NCBI GenBank assembly: GCA_030265305.1
Contig: JASAOG010000245.1
Span: 233,822 to 297,821 of the forward strand
Length of the DNA stretch: 64,000 nt
Direction: 5' to 3'
From: Biomphalaria pfeifferi
Lineage: Eukaryota
How positions within the stretch are numbered: position 1 is the stretch's first letter; each line of letters opens with the position of its first letter. This document shows positions 47,491-59,733 of this stretch, one piece after another. Position numbers and translations under genes: made by a program. A model generated the notes under the pieces. That model searched no databases, was not told the origin of the DNA, and was given only the letters and a program-made list of their open reading frames with translations.

Positions 47491-49868
47491 AGAATTGGGT
47501 GTAATGAAATAGTGACTGTGACGCTCATGTTACGTTTTAACTTTCTCACTTGAGTGTTGATACTTGTGTATATTTTTTTATTACACACACGTACACCCTT
47601 GCCACCTCCTTCACACAGAACACATCCGTCTTTTGTCCTCACGCTGCCCATCGCCATTTTTTTTTCTTAGCGAACACCTTTTTATGAACACTTTATAGTA
47701 ATTCGTTCAGGCATTCAGCAAGTGCTTCAAAAGTGGGAAATAGGTTTTAATTAGTCTATGGTAGAAAAAGGGATTAGGCGTTATACCACACACACACACA
47801 CGCGCTGGTTTTTTTTTTTTATCTCTTTCAATTATACCGAGCCAGGGCCGGATTTAAGTTAATGGATGCCCCTTCTTTCTTTTGAAAGCTTTAATGCGAA
47901 CGCACTTCATGAATGTTTGGGTAGTGCAATCTTAGAGCATTTCATTTTGTTTGTTCTCAATGTTATTGGATGTTCTCTCACATATGAAGATAATTTAACC
48001 CTAGCAAACAACGGCGAGCAGGGGTTCGAATCCCAGAACCATCCAGACGATAGTCCACAGCGCATCCCTTACGACCAGGCTGCCACCCATTTAATCCGAC
48101 TTTCCTTCTTTTATATAGAGCATTTTTTGTGTGTATATGTTGAGATCCTTAGAGAGAGAGAGAGAGGTCCTTGGAGGCTGCATAATCTTATGTGCCGCAC
48201 TTTACCCACCTGCTATAGTGTTGATTATGTACGCCCCTGATCTAGGCTATAGTAAGTACACGGAAAATAATACAAGACCACAGTTACATGGCCATTTACC
48301 GTATGTCTCTGCGAGTCTGTACGCTATCGTAGGAGATAGGGCGCGTGTGACATGTGGTTATCCTTGTACATCGACCTTATTTTATGCATAGGTCATCGCT
48401 CCTGGTGGCTAGGGTCTGATCTACTGGTGTGTGCGTTAGTAAGATTTCATAGCTGACAAGCAAAAATATATCAGAAAAAAAAGCTACTTATAAAACAAAA
48501 GAAAGCTGATATAGGGGGGAAAGATCTCATATCTCTCAATACTGCACGATTGATCTCGCCCTTTCTATTTTCAAACAAGGTTGATTGATTACCACTAATG
48601 AATTAACTGATTGGTTTATTTTTTGACCGATTCACGTGTTGTCTTCTACAAAGAATAGTTGTGCAAATAGTCTCAACTTGAGCCGAGTATGGCGAGTGAC
48701 AGAATTAACGTGTACAAAGTGTGTGCTGTAATTATTAATTCTAGTATGGGCGTTTTCTAAGAGGTGTTGGTAAATATATTCATATCTGCTTCTGTTATAT
48801 AAAGAACATGTGCGTTGGGATTTTTAATTAATTAAAACTAACTAGTGTGATGCGTTATTAGCTGATCAATACCGGATAGGGTGTTTTTCAATTAGGCAAG
48901 TTAAAAAAACTTAGTAGATAGGTTTACACAAGGAATGTGTTTGTACCAAAACGAGGCTTGATCCTTGAGTGCAATACTCGATAGTCTCGTAGTAGTGTAG
49001 ATCTATTTCTTGGGCACAACTTTTTGACTGCAAACGAATGAATGGTTATCCCGTTGTCGTCTGCTGATCAAAGCTCGCGCTCTAGCTGAGGAGCGTATGA
49101 CGGAATAGGGGGAAACAACACACCGCGCTCACAACTGTCGCCCTCTCAAGATAATGGTAATAAATGCAGAATGTTTCTGAAAATGTCGCCTGTGGTTGTG
49201 TAACATACTTTCTCCGTGCAGTTGGTCGCAGGCTAGTTTGTACTCGTTTTTTTTTTCTAACCAAATAGTATTTCCTAAGTATAACGTTATAAGAATTTAC
49301 CTTGACCTTTTACTTTACGGTGTGGGGGGTAAATTAGTTGTCTCGTAGTTTTAACTGGGTTTCTTGAAATTTAAATGTAGATCTTATATTTGTAGAAAAT
49401 ATAAGGACTATTTCATTTTGTTATATTACTTTTTTTTAGACTTCATTATCAGTACTTTCTACTGTACATGACTTTATCAAGCATAATAGCACAGTACGTT
49501 AAGTAATCGTCTGCTACCCTGCTTCCAAGCATTACATCTTGTGGCTTGCGTTTTTTTTCCCCGGTTTTTTTTTTTTTTTGGTCTCGTGCCAAAACATGTG
49601 ACTTGTTTATCAGCTTTTGGCGTGAAAATGTTCAAGCAAGTGATGCAACATTTTTTTTTTTAAATCCGAGTTTTTCTATTTACAATTATCTACTTTTACC
49701 CCCCTCTCTTTTTTCCCCCGTATATTTTGCTGAGTGTAATGGAATGACTGACCCCTACGTAGTCATATGAGTATTGAGATTCGTTGATTTGGATGGCTGC
49801 TTGCTGGCGAGGTTCGAACCCGTCCCCGGCCCCACCGTCCTAGCCCGCCGTTCTGATGGAGGTTTGGG

Positions 49869-50560
49869 CTGGGACAGTGTTTCCCAAACTGTGTTCAAGG
49901 GAACCCTAGTGTTCTGCAAGGCCTGAATAGGTGTTCCACAAACTACTGGAATAATTAACTAGGAGGCCACCACACGAATTGATCTCTAATACAAGCATTA
50001 GAAAATATAATACTTAAAAAACAAAAACAAAGCTTATCTAAGGAAAGAACCGCTAATTACTGCCATTTATATGAAAATTACAGGGTTTAGCTCCCTTTAT
50101 ACTAAACACAATTAATTAATAAGTACTAAATAATTAAATAATTTGTTAATTTTTTGATTGATTCACGTATTGTAATCGACTATGAATAATTATGCCAAAT
50201 TTTAACGTGATCGTGTCGTTACGTAATAAGGGGATTAAATCAAATATACATCCACATCTCTCTTTAAGTAGCATTTATTTCCATTATTTCGATATCAACA
50301 ACATACTTAAGCACCAACAATTAATCAACTTATTGGTTAATGTTTTTTTTTTAATTCGTATCTTGTGAAGTTCAATCAAAAATTCTGCAAAGTTTTAACT
50401 TGATCCGAGAATGGGAAATGGGAGAAAAAAACATGTTCAAACTTTTTACCTGACAGACAGTGAGTTGCTATAAGCTTTGTACCAAAAAATTAGCAAAGTG
50501 TTCGCTAAATACTCAACATGTGCGAAGTGTTCCGTTAAGTAAAAAGTTGGAGAAACACTG
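49869..50560. mobile_element. Candidate non-autonomous DNA transposon (about 690 bp) with about 20-bp terminal inverted repeats (ctgggacagtgtttcccaa ... ttggagaaacactgggctag)
   Basis: The inverted termini were read directly. The internal sequence is AT-rich and non-coding. Confidence 0.4.
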
Positions 50561-50744
50561 GGCTAGGATGTTATAGTCTCCAATTCTGAGGAATCTGCCA
50601 AAACCTCACACACACCTCTTATCGACACTCCCTTAAGTGTCGCCACCGATTTTTTTTGCTTTAGCCGATAAAAATATACTTAGTAAGATTCCAATTCAAT
50701 CATTTTTTGTTTGTTTACAAAGCTTAATATATCAAATCATCCTG

Positions 50745-50960
50745 CAGACATGAACATGGAAGTTTTAATCACAAACTAATCTAAAAAAGTTTTTGTTTTT
50801 AAGTTCTTCTTGAATGTAGTGAAGCATGTTGTCTGTCTGAGCTCAGTGGGGAGCGAGTTCCAAACCTTTGGTCCATGCACTGAGAAAGTCTGCAGACCGT
50901 GGCTTTTAAACGTGGCATAACTAGACGGATTGAGCCGTGGAGCGCATGGCTCTCTGAGGA
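50745..50960 (+). mobile_element. 5'-truncated copy of the LINE 3'-tail repeat
   Basis: ..agttcttcttgaatgtagtgaagcatgttgtctgtctgagctcagtggggagcgagttccaaacctttggtcc.. Confidence 0.6.
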
Positions 50961-53199
50961 CATGTGGAATGAAAAGTCGCCAATGTCGGTTTGGGAGCGT
51001 CTTAACGAAAAGACAGAAGAACACTGTCCCGTTAATAGCGGTATTACAAATGTTTCAACTTTAGACGGCTATCATGATTACCTTATTCCGCACACTCGCA
51101 CTCAAAGTCAATTTTATGAATGACGACATAACTTGCCTTTTTTTTTTCTTATGTTGCTTATCTTGGAAAATTATCTCTCATTGAATATCAGTGGATAAGA
51201 ACAGGTTATTGACTATACAATAGACCTTGGACATTGGACTACATAAAATAGTCTATAAATAGTCGACTTTCGATGGTATTCTAACTTTGCAGTTATTTCT
51301 TTCCCCCCGTACATAACTGTTAAACATCCGGGTTATTTTTTGTAACTTTAAGACACAATTCTAACTTCCAGGTAGAAGAGTTCTTATTTGTTTGACCTGG
51401 TAAGTTCGCCTGGCGTTTGGTCCTGAACATTTTAATATATAGATTTATTTATTGCAAATTGAAACTTTTTTAACGTTTTGGGTAAGGAGTGTAATTTGGA
51501 TATATGCGAATCTGCTTACTTTAAGATATAATTAGACATTTATAATTATTTTTTTTGCTTATAATTATAAGTATTAATAATAACAATTGAAATGGCTTGC
51601 ATTTTCAGCTCTTCATTGGCGTCAGGTCTAGCTAATTACTCTTTTTAATAGGCCCAGAATAAGCACAAACTGAAAGGCTCTTGCAGTCATGCATAAAAAC
51701 AAGGTTAATGAATTCTTAGCTTTGTTTGCGTCTAGTATTATTATCTTGTCTGTTCTGAAGCCTTCTTGTGGAGTTACGCTTTTTGTTAACTTTGATGATT
51801 TACTTTTAGATCTATTTTTTTAAAACATTTTTTAGCCTTTAGAATCTATAGAATATAGAAAGTACGAACGGCTATGCCCGTTGATTTGTTCCTAGGCTAT
51901 TATTATTATGGCCGGATAAGTTCCTAGGCTTTGTGTTGTTTATTTTGACCTTTCTTTTCTTTACTTTTTTTTTCTTCTTTTGAATGTTGATAAAACTTTA
52001 ACGATCATAATGTACCCCCGACACATACACGCACTCATATTTTGGAGCCTGTTAATTCTAGTAGCACTTTCACTTATTTCCCCCCCCCCCCCCCCCCCCG
52101 CCAACTCTATGACTTTCTTCGGCTTCTTAACTCAATCTATATATTTCGACCGTGACCTTTTTTTTGGGGGGGGGGAGGTTATTATTAATAGTTTTTGCAG
52201 CCTATTACTTTAAAGCAAGCAATGTACGGTATTAGACACCAAATACATTTCTTCATACCATCAGTTTCAGGCCAAGAGGCCCATTTGAAAGCCACACTGC
52301 CGTTTCCTTTTCTGCATTTATTTTGGTATTTTGTTCTCTAAATAAAAAGAAATAGATCAATCAGTGGTATTTTCTTAAATGTATAATAGATATAAAGCTT
52401 GTCTTTAAGTCCGAAGATTAATGAAGAGTGCAGTATTTCACGTGGCTACGTAGCCCCAGCCGTGACCAACATATTTTGCCACAACCTACGCAGACTTATA
52501 TAGACTAGTTATATAAAACACTGTATTGCCTCCAGCCTGCACTGACAAAGTGATAATTGGCTAGCGCAGGCCAATGCCACTTTTTACAGTTTTAATAAAT
52601 GCAGTCCACAATGGCACAGAAGTCTGAGATGGCTGTGAACAGCAGACAGCTGTAGGTTTTAGTTAGGAGTTTACATCTTGTAGACTGGCTGTTCACCAAG
52701 GCTATAGAGCCCAGTCTGCCCAAAAGGCCGAATTGCATTTGTTTTATATGAGTCTTATTGCTATAAGTAATAAAGTCTCTTAGAACTGGATTTAGGTCGA
52801 AACAATGAGGACGCGCCGTAAAAGGCAAATATGACGCCAATAAGTGTGAATAGTTTATTCAGTAATAAAATAGTGGCAATATGTTTATAATAAACATTTC
52901 AAACCATCGAGGGGACCAGATCTCCATCAACTATATATATTTAGTGGCTATATATATATACGTCTCGAGAGACGATCTTTTCCCTTTGCAACTTCTTGTG
53001 TGACTAAAGAGGCCAATCCTTGATACACACCTGCGATCGCAGGTTGGGCATATGTAATTGTATTACATATGCACACATACACACGGCTCGTATTCAGGGT
53101 CGTATGTTATGTGTTGTGTCCTGTTTCATATGTTGTTTGAAACATAAAAGGGAGCACGCACCTGGCACGTTCAGAACTCCAGTGGACTGATTCAAAGGT

Positions 53200-53280
53200 T
53201 TAACTCTTTCTCACCTAACTGACGATACCAGCGTTGATTCCACCAGAATGTGGTAAATGATTTCGGAGAGAAAGAGTTAA
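53200..53280. mobile_element. 81-bp foldback element, copy 2
   Basis: ttaactctttctcacctaactgacgataccagcgttgattccaccagaatgtggtaaatgatttcggagagaaagagttaa. Confidence 0.7.
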
Positions 53281-54136
53281 TTAAGTTTACTGTTTAGGCA
53301 AAACAAACTAGTTTCGTTTTTATCTGGTAGGGCTTTTGTAATGTCACCTAATGTCAGCCAAGTTCGGCTTCTCAAACGAATTTTGAAATTGTGTGTTTCC
53401 CTTTTGTTAATGTCACCTAATGTCAGCCAAGTTCGGCTTCTCAAACGAATTTTGAAACTGTGTGTGTTTCCCTTTTGTTAAAATTGTTTATAGTAAACAG
53501 AAGCAGCGCCCCAGTATGCGCCATTTTCATCCTGACATGCTCAGACCTTCTACTCCAGTTCTTGCTCATATTGTTTGCGGGCTCGGACATGGCTTTATTT
53601 TTTTTTCCACCAGCTTTTCAGTTTCCTGGGCAATGGGCCTTAAGATTTCTTCATTCTCATAGTAGTTAATATTTATAACAGTCACCTGATACCCAACATC
53701 CAACATTGGTAACTGGTGATGAAATGTACGGATTTGTTTGTTTGTACTGTGTTGTTTTTTTTTACCTTCCAAGTTTCTTTTTTTTTTAGAAACATTTTGT
53801 CGAGAATTCGGCTCTATATTAGAGACTTTGATCTATGGCCAATGACTAAGAATAGTCAACTTTTTACCCACATTGCACTACTACTATTTGGTAGGATTTT
53901 GTTTTACGTAGCACTGCTAACATTGGCAGGTTTTTCACGCGTAACACTAAGGTTAATAAATGGAATCTACTGCTAGATGAAGTTAATGAATCTTTACCAA
54001 ATCGCGAAGTGATTCACCAGCTGTTCGGTTAGAAAACTCTTATTCAACAGTTTCCTCAAGTCTCCAAGAGTCATTGCTCATGGAAAGAAATGTGTGCCTC
54101 TCTCTGTACGCTCTTCTTTCGCCGGTTGTGGCCGAC

Positions 54137-54227
54137 TTAACTCTTTCTCTCCTAATCGACGATACCAGCGTTGATTCCAACAGAATGTGGTAAATAATTA
54201 CGGAGAGAAAGAGTTAAGGGCCGGCAT
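54137..54227. mobile_element. 81-bp foldback element, copy 3 (same orientation as copy 2, about 860 bp downstream)
   Basis: ttaactctttctctcctaatcgacgataccagcgttgattccaacagaatgtggtaaataattacggagagaaagagttaa. Confidence 0.7.
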
Positions 54228-55734
54228 TTAGGATTTCGATACGACCCTTAGTAGATATAGATCTATAATGAAGAGGTCAAGGCAACCTGGTGTTTACCTT
54301 CTTTGCGCTCTACTTCTACAATTAAATGAAAGTAGATCCAAAGCGGATACGGAACTGACAGTTCCAAAAGTAGTTTGGCTCGTCAAATGTGCATAATTAG
54401 GTTTCGTGAGGTGCAAGAACAAACATATGTTAGGTTCTTCTTCTTCTTCTAGCCAGCTTTATTGCTGCTGAACTGTGAGCTCTTTTGCAGACTGTGCCAA
54501 GGAAATGTTAAGTTAAAGGAGTGGGGTTTGATTTCGTTCAAAGTTGTAGGCCACTTGTATCGAGTGTAAAGGACAGACATGTTTCTGGAGGCTTCTTCAT
54601 GGACACAATGAACTGTTCCGATAAAAGAGGGTGTAACATTATTAATTATATTCACTTCGTAGCTTAGGAAATAAGACACCCACCCACCCACCCTCTCCCC
54701 ACCGACCAGTACTTCTACCATTTTCTTGTCCCTCCCACCAGCCACGAACAAAAGTTCTTGGCCACGTGACTTGTGTAACACTTGACAACGAACAGAACCG
54801 GGGGAGGGCAGCAAATAGTATTGTTAATAGGCCTACTTATTAGAGACAATTTGATTCAATCTCTTGTTACTTCGTTAGTAAAGAGCACTAAATAAAGCAT
54901 CAATCTCTTGTTACTTCGTTAGTAAAGAGCACTAAATAAAGCATCAATCTCTTGGGCCCGTTGGTCTACTACATGTAAGGGTTACCTTTATCGAATTTAA
55001 TCAGCCCTCCTCCCCCCCCCCCAATACACCGCGGGACTTTTATTGATGTCTTAAAAAAAAAGATTGGCCACTGAAGTTTGGTTTAAAGCATGTGTACAGT
55101 TTGTGAGGTGGAACACTGTGTGTTAGTAGATTAGCTGTCTTGAATTCTGGGATCGTGAGTACATCTCTAGCTCGATGTTTTCATCGAGTCATCTTTGTAA
55201 CAGCTGTGTGACTGATCCGTACAGCTGTTTGTAAATGTTATCTTTAAATGTTAAAAGGGGACATCTATTGAACAATTGAACTGTTACAGTTATAGGTCAA
55301 TGTTGCTGGGGTCTTGTTTCGTGTGCAGAAGTTCTATTTGGCAGTAACAGCACAATGGGTTACACACGCCTCGTCCAAGGAGGCGAACATTAACACAAAC
55401 ACACACACTCTTTAGGGTCACGTGGTATAACAGTCTTTACCAGGGGTTAAAAACTTCAGTCTTTTACAAGTAACTTATTTTACACAGCAAAGACCTTACC
55501 ATGCAGAAATAGCTAGTGACTTTCTAAATTTACCATTCAAGTGTGCGCGTTCTTTATGTAGAGTAGGCCAGTTCGACTCCTAGATGTCAGCACTAGAGAT
55601 CAAAAGTGTGCAGTTCACCGTAACCTTAGTTTTGTAATGGCTGGCTGAGTTTTGTTGCACCTGAGTTGTTATGAGTTTTGGTACTTAGCCCCTGGGGTAT
55701 TCCCGATTACAGATAATTTTAGGCTGTCGAGCAA

Positions 55735-56097
55735 GGTGCTGTATCTCTAAATATGTGGCTGTATCTCTCAGTATGTGGCTGTATCCCTAAATATGTGGCT
55801 GTATCCCTAAATATGTGGCTGTATCTCTAAGTATGTGGCTGCATCTCTAAGTATGTGGCTGCATCTCTAAGTATGTGGCTGCATCTCTAAGTATGTGGCT
55901 GTATCCTTAAGTATGTGGCTGTATCCCTAAGTATGTGGCTGTATCTCTAAGTATGTGGCTGTATCCCTAAATATGTGGCTGTATCCCTAAGTATGTGGCT
56001 GTATCTCTAAATATGTGGCTGTATCTCTAAGTATGTGGCTATATCCCTAAATATGTGGCTTTATCTCTAAGTATGTAGCTGTATCCCTAAATTATGT
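55735..56097. repeat. Minisatellite: 20-bp unit gtatc(t/c)ctaa(g/a)tatgtggct x about 18, fused to the 5' end of a truncated family-1 SINE
   Basis: Read directly. The array runs straight into ..tgggttccaatcctggtgtagactgggatttttaattttcgg.. (the SINE body, 56098-56320). Confidence 0.9.
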
Positions 56098-56320
56098 GGC
56101 TGGGTTCCAATCCTGGTGTAGACTGGGATTTTTAATTTTCGGATATTTAGGATATTCGGATATTTCCACCTATCTCTAATGGGCACCTGGCATTTGTTGG
56201 TGAAAAATTGGTTGGTCCTTGTGTTGACCACATGACACCCTCTTAATCGCGAGCCACAGAAACAGATGTCCTACTATATATTATCTGCCCCAAAGATTGC
56301 AAGGGAAACTTACTTTAGTC
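56098..56320 (+). mobile_element. SINE family 1, 5'-truncated (tRNA head replaced by the 20-bp array)
   Basis: Conserved body ..ctctaatgggcacctggcatttgttggtgaaaaa..gaccacatgacaccctcttaatcgcgagccacagaaacagatg..ctgccccaaagattgcaagggaaacttactt. Confidence 0.7.
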
Positions 56321-56384
56321 TTGACTATTTACATAAATGTTTGTTGTTTGGATTTACATATTTCGCATGTTCCTTCAGAGTTGA

Positions 56385-56505
56385 AGGTAATCTACTTCCT
56401 AGTCCACACCTCCCGCAGGACGACGGGGGATGGGAGCGGGAAGGGTATGAACCATCAAGACAGCCGAACGTTAGTCCAGCACGCATACCGCATGGCCAGG
56501 CAGCC
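56385..56505 (-). mobile_element. SINE family 2 fragment (reverse)
   Basis: Reverse complement contains tatggctgcctggccatgcggtatgcgtgctggactaacgttcggctgtcttgatggttcataccc. Confidence 0.6.
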
Positions 56506-56819
56506 ATATATGTATATTCAAATTCGAGCTTCAAAGGTAGCCGAGTAGCCCGTGAGTCTCAGCGGCATATACTAAAAACAATAATACAAATAAAATATGC
56601 ATATAGTGATTACTTGTACTACGTTGTACACATGTAGAGGCGGCCTTAGCAGTAAGCAAGGCCCGGGCGAGTTTCATATCCAAACATCCCTATAGAATAA
56701 ACCATACAGAGGCGGCTTAGTAAGGCAACCTCGGTGGGCCCCGCGATAGCAGAATTTATTTTCATCTTGTTTGTTGATTTAAGGTCACTTAATTAATATT
56801 AGATGGCTGCCTGGTCGTG

Positions 56820-57505
56820 CCACAGTATTTGGTTTCTTTGAAATGCCACTGTATTTGGTTTCTTTGAAATGCCACAGTATTTGGTTTCTTTGAAATGCCA
56901 CTGTATTTGGTTTCTTTAAAATGCCACTATATTTGGTTTCTTTGAAATGCCACAGTATTTGATTTCTTTGAAATGCCACTGTATTTGGTTTCTTTGAAAT
57001 GCCACTGTATTTGGTTTCTTTGAAATGCCACTGTATTTGGTTTCTTTGAAATGCCACTGTATTTGGTTTCTTTGAAATGCCACTGTATTTGGTTTCTTTG
57101 AAATGCCACAGTATTTGGTTTTTTTTGAAATGCCACTGTATTTGGTTTCTTTGAAAAGCCACAGTATTTGGTTTCTTTGAAATGCCACTGTATTTGGTTT
57201 CTTTGAAATGCCACTGTATTTGGTTTCTTTGAAATGCCACTGTATTTGGTTTCTTTGAAATGCCACTGTATTTGGTTTCTTTGAAATGCCACTGTATTTG
57301 GTTTCTTTGAAATGCCACTGTATTTGGTTTTTTTGAAATGCCACAGTATTTGGTTTCTTTGAAATGCCACTGTATTTGGTTTCTTTGAAATGCCACAGTA
57401 TTTGGTTTCTTTGAAATGCCACTGTATTTGGTTTCTTTAAAATGCCACAGTATTTGGTATCTTTGAAATGCCACTGTATTTGGTTTCTTTGAAATGCCAC
57501 TGTTT
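56820..57505. repeat. Minisatellite: 26-bp unit ccac(t/a)gtatttggtttctttgaaatg x about 26, starting immediately after a 20-bp SINE family-2 head (gatggctgcctggtcgtgc). Lies about 150 bp upstream of the pyruvate carboxylase start codon.
   Basis: Read directly. ORF-track hits 56785-57525, 56916-57500 and 56927-57370 are repeat artefacts. Confidence 0.9.
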
Positions 57506-57658
57506 GTTTGTTTCATGTTTAACAAATTGAAAAGATAAATATGTGTAAATAAATAATAATGAAACAGATTTTAAAAAAAAATTCTTTTCAGTTCTTGAAA
57601 TTTTACATGTGACTTTTACTATTGTGGATTCAGCTTTGGAAGCTAGGTGCACACAGCA
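57506..57658 (+). promoter_or_regulatory. PC: Putative proximal promoter / 5'UTR of the pyruvate carboxylase gene (by position only)
   Basis: Immediately upstream of the ATG at 57659. There may be upstream non-coding exons that cannot be seen here. Confidence 0.25.
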
Positions 57659-57845
57659 ATGTTGAGGCTGAAGGCTCGTGTGGGAGTTCTCCACCATGTG
57701 GCCTCATCATCAATGGCACGGGCCACCTCAGCAACATCGTTGCATGGTGGAGCATTGTCAAAGACACTACCAGACATTCGACTGCAGTCCTCGCAAGCAA
57801 AATCTCAGATTAAGCCAATAAAAAAACTCATGGTGGCCAACAGAG
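57659..57845 (+). CDS. PC: Pyruvate carboxylase exon with start codon and mitochondrial presequence (MLRLKARVGVLHHVASSSMARATSATSLHGG...SQIKPIKKLMVANR)
   Basis: Arg/Ser-rich presequence followed by PIKKLMVANRG (human PIKKVMVANRG). Donor gtaagt at 57846. Confidence 0.85.
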
Positions 57846-58034
57846 GTAAGTTATTTTGAGTGAACAAACTTTTTATCTTTTTATCTAATATTTCTACATT
57901 GAATGGGAAAAAATGTTTTTGTTAAAACAACAACAACAACAACAACAACAAAAGATAAGTAAAAACAAAATAAAAGTTGAATAAAAAATTTTTCGTTTGT
58001 AAAATGTTTTACATGTTTCAGATTTTTCTTAGAG

Positions 58035-58165
58035 CTAAAAATAATGTACTTCCTAGTCTAAACAACCCCACAGGACGAGGGGGGATGGGAGTGGGCAGGG
58101 TTTAAACCTGAGACCATTGATGAGTCCGAATGACAGTCCAGCACACAAACCACACGGCCAGGCAG
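58035..58165 (-). mobile_element. SINE family 2 fragment in PC intron 1
   Basis: ..ctaaacaaccccacaggacgaggggggatgggagtgggcagggtttaaacctgagaccattgatgagtccgaatgacagtccagcacac.. Confidence 0.6.
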
Positions 58166-58654
58166 TTATCTAATATATAACCATCAAAACCCTCTGCCCC
58201 TTTTTTTAATATCTTTTCCATTTGTTTCTTTTCAAGTCATTCCATTTATACTCAATACATTGTTTTCCTTGAAGTGAAGATGCATTATGTAGAATGCATG
58301 AGTCTAGTGTATGGAAGATACTTAAAAATTGTGTAATAACATGTAGCTCATCTCTCATGCTTATAGTGTGCTCTATGTATCTTGGACCAATCTTTTTTCT
58401 ATGGGCCAGTGGGGTAAGGGATAACTAAGAGAAGGTTTCCATGTTACTCTTACGTAGTCACAAAACTTTGCTGCAGTTGGTGTGCTCAAGTGTATCTTGG
58501 TCCAATCTTTTTTTATGGACCATTGGGGTAAGCAATAACTAAGAGAAGGTTTCCATGTTGCTCTTAAGTAGTCAGAAAACGTCGCTGCCATTGGGCCGTA
58601 GTCTTGATTTCAAGCCATTTTGATAGGTAGTTATGCAGGTTTATGCTTCTCAGC

Positions 58655-58830
58655 CTGAATGGCTGTTTGGTCATGTGGTACGCACTCTGGACTGTCATCT
58701 TGATAGTCCTGGGCTTGAATCCCCCACCACCCACCCCATCCTTCACTGTCCTGTTGGAGATTTTGGGCTAGGATGTAATAATCTTTAATTTTGAAGGAAC
58801 TTCCAACACATGTAAAACAAAAAAAAAAAG
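58655..58830 (+). mobile_element. SINE family 2 copy in PC intron 1
   Basis: gcctgaatggctgtttggtcatgtggtacgcactctggactgtcatcttgatagtcctgggcttgaatccccc... Confidence 0.65.
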
Positions 58831-58912
58831 TCTGTGAAGTTCCAGATCAAAAGCTACTGCAGGCAGGAGCATATACATAATACTTAAATTGATTGTTCTT
58901 TCTTTTTTACAG

Positions 58913-59097
58913 GGGAAATAGCCATCCGTGTTTTTCGTGCATGCACAGAGATGGGCATACGTACAGTAGCAATCTACTCAGAGCAAGACATTAATCAAAT
59001 GCACAGGCAGAAATCAGATGAGTCGTACCTTATTGGGAAAGGTCTGTCACCTGTGGCTGCCTACCTGAACATTGACGAGATCATCAACATTGCTTTG
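58913..59097 (+). CDS. PC: Pyruvate carboxylase exon 2, biotin carboxylase N-domain ([62 protein letters not shown])
   Basis: Near-identical to human [42 protein letters not shown]. Acceptor ttttttacag and donor gtaagg. Confidence 0.9.
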
Positions 59098-59342
59098 GTA
59101 AGGACCGGACCTACTGTTCTTTTCCATCAGCAGAAACATTGCTTTAGTAAGGACTTAATTTTCATTATCAGGAACTAGTAAGGACTTAATTTTCATCCCC
59201 AAAAATTTTTTTTCTTTTTCTTTTCATTAAACCTGATTGCTATGAATATGCTATGAATCTTAGAAACATTTTCTAAAAGGACGTTGAACTAAAAATTATG
59301 TTGAAGAAAAATGTGTTGCCTACTATTCTTTGCACCATACCT

Positions 59343-59520
59343 GAAAAGAATGGACCTCATTCACCAATCCTAAACAAGCAACATTTAGCCAGGTGATAAT
59401 ATTGATAAAACAATGGAAAAAACTGTCACTTGACAGCCTGTGTGTATTACGTAATTTGTATTGAAGAGAGAGAACCACATGGCTAAATGTTGTTTGTTTA
59501 CGATTGGTGAATGAGGTCCA
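59343..59520. mobile_element. MITE (about 178 bp) with perfect 17-bp terminal inverted repeats aatggacctcattcacc / ggtgaatgaggtccatt, in PC intron 2
   Basis: Read directly. Second copy at 40487-40640. Confidence 0.75.
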
Positions 59521-59733
59521 TTAACCTTATAAAACATCTATTTTGATTTTACAATTATATTGTGTATATACTGTTGTATCTCTGTAGTAGTCTTGGAGTC
59601 TATGTGTTGAGTTCTCCCTTTGTCTCGACTGAATGAAATAACAGCCATTCTCTTCAAACCGTAAAGATGATTGTTATTTATGTTATTGTATTTACTTAAG
59701 TGCACAACAATGTTGCTGCTCTGTTGATCTTAG

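Noticed and set aside
53716-53976. Hydrophobic 86-aa ORF
   Set aside because: It is in an AT-rich, T-run-rich region with no homology signal or splice context, and is probably chance.
55735-57505. Regularly spaced short direct repeats as a CRISPR array
   Set aside because: The sequence is eukaryotic. The units are identical repeats with no unique spacers and no cas genes, so they are minisatellites.
56785-57525. Three overlapping repeat-peptide ORFs (246, 194 and 147 aa)
   Set aside because: They are translations of the 26-bp tandem array in three frames.
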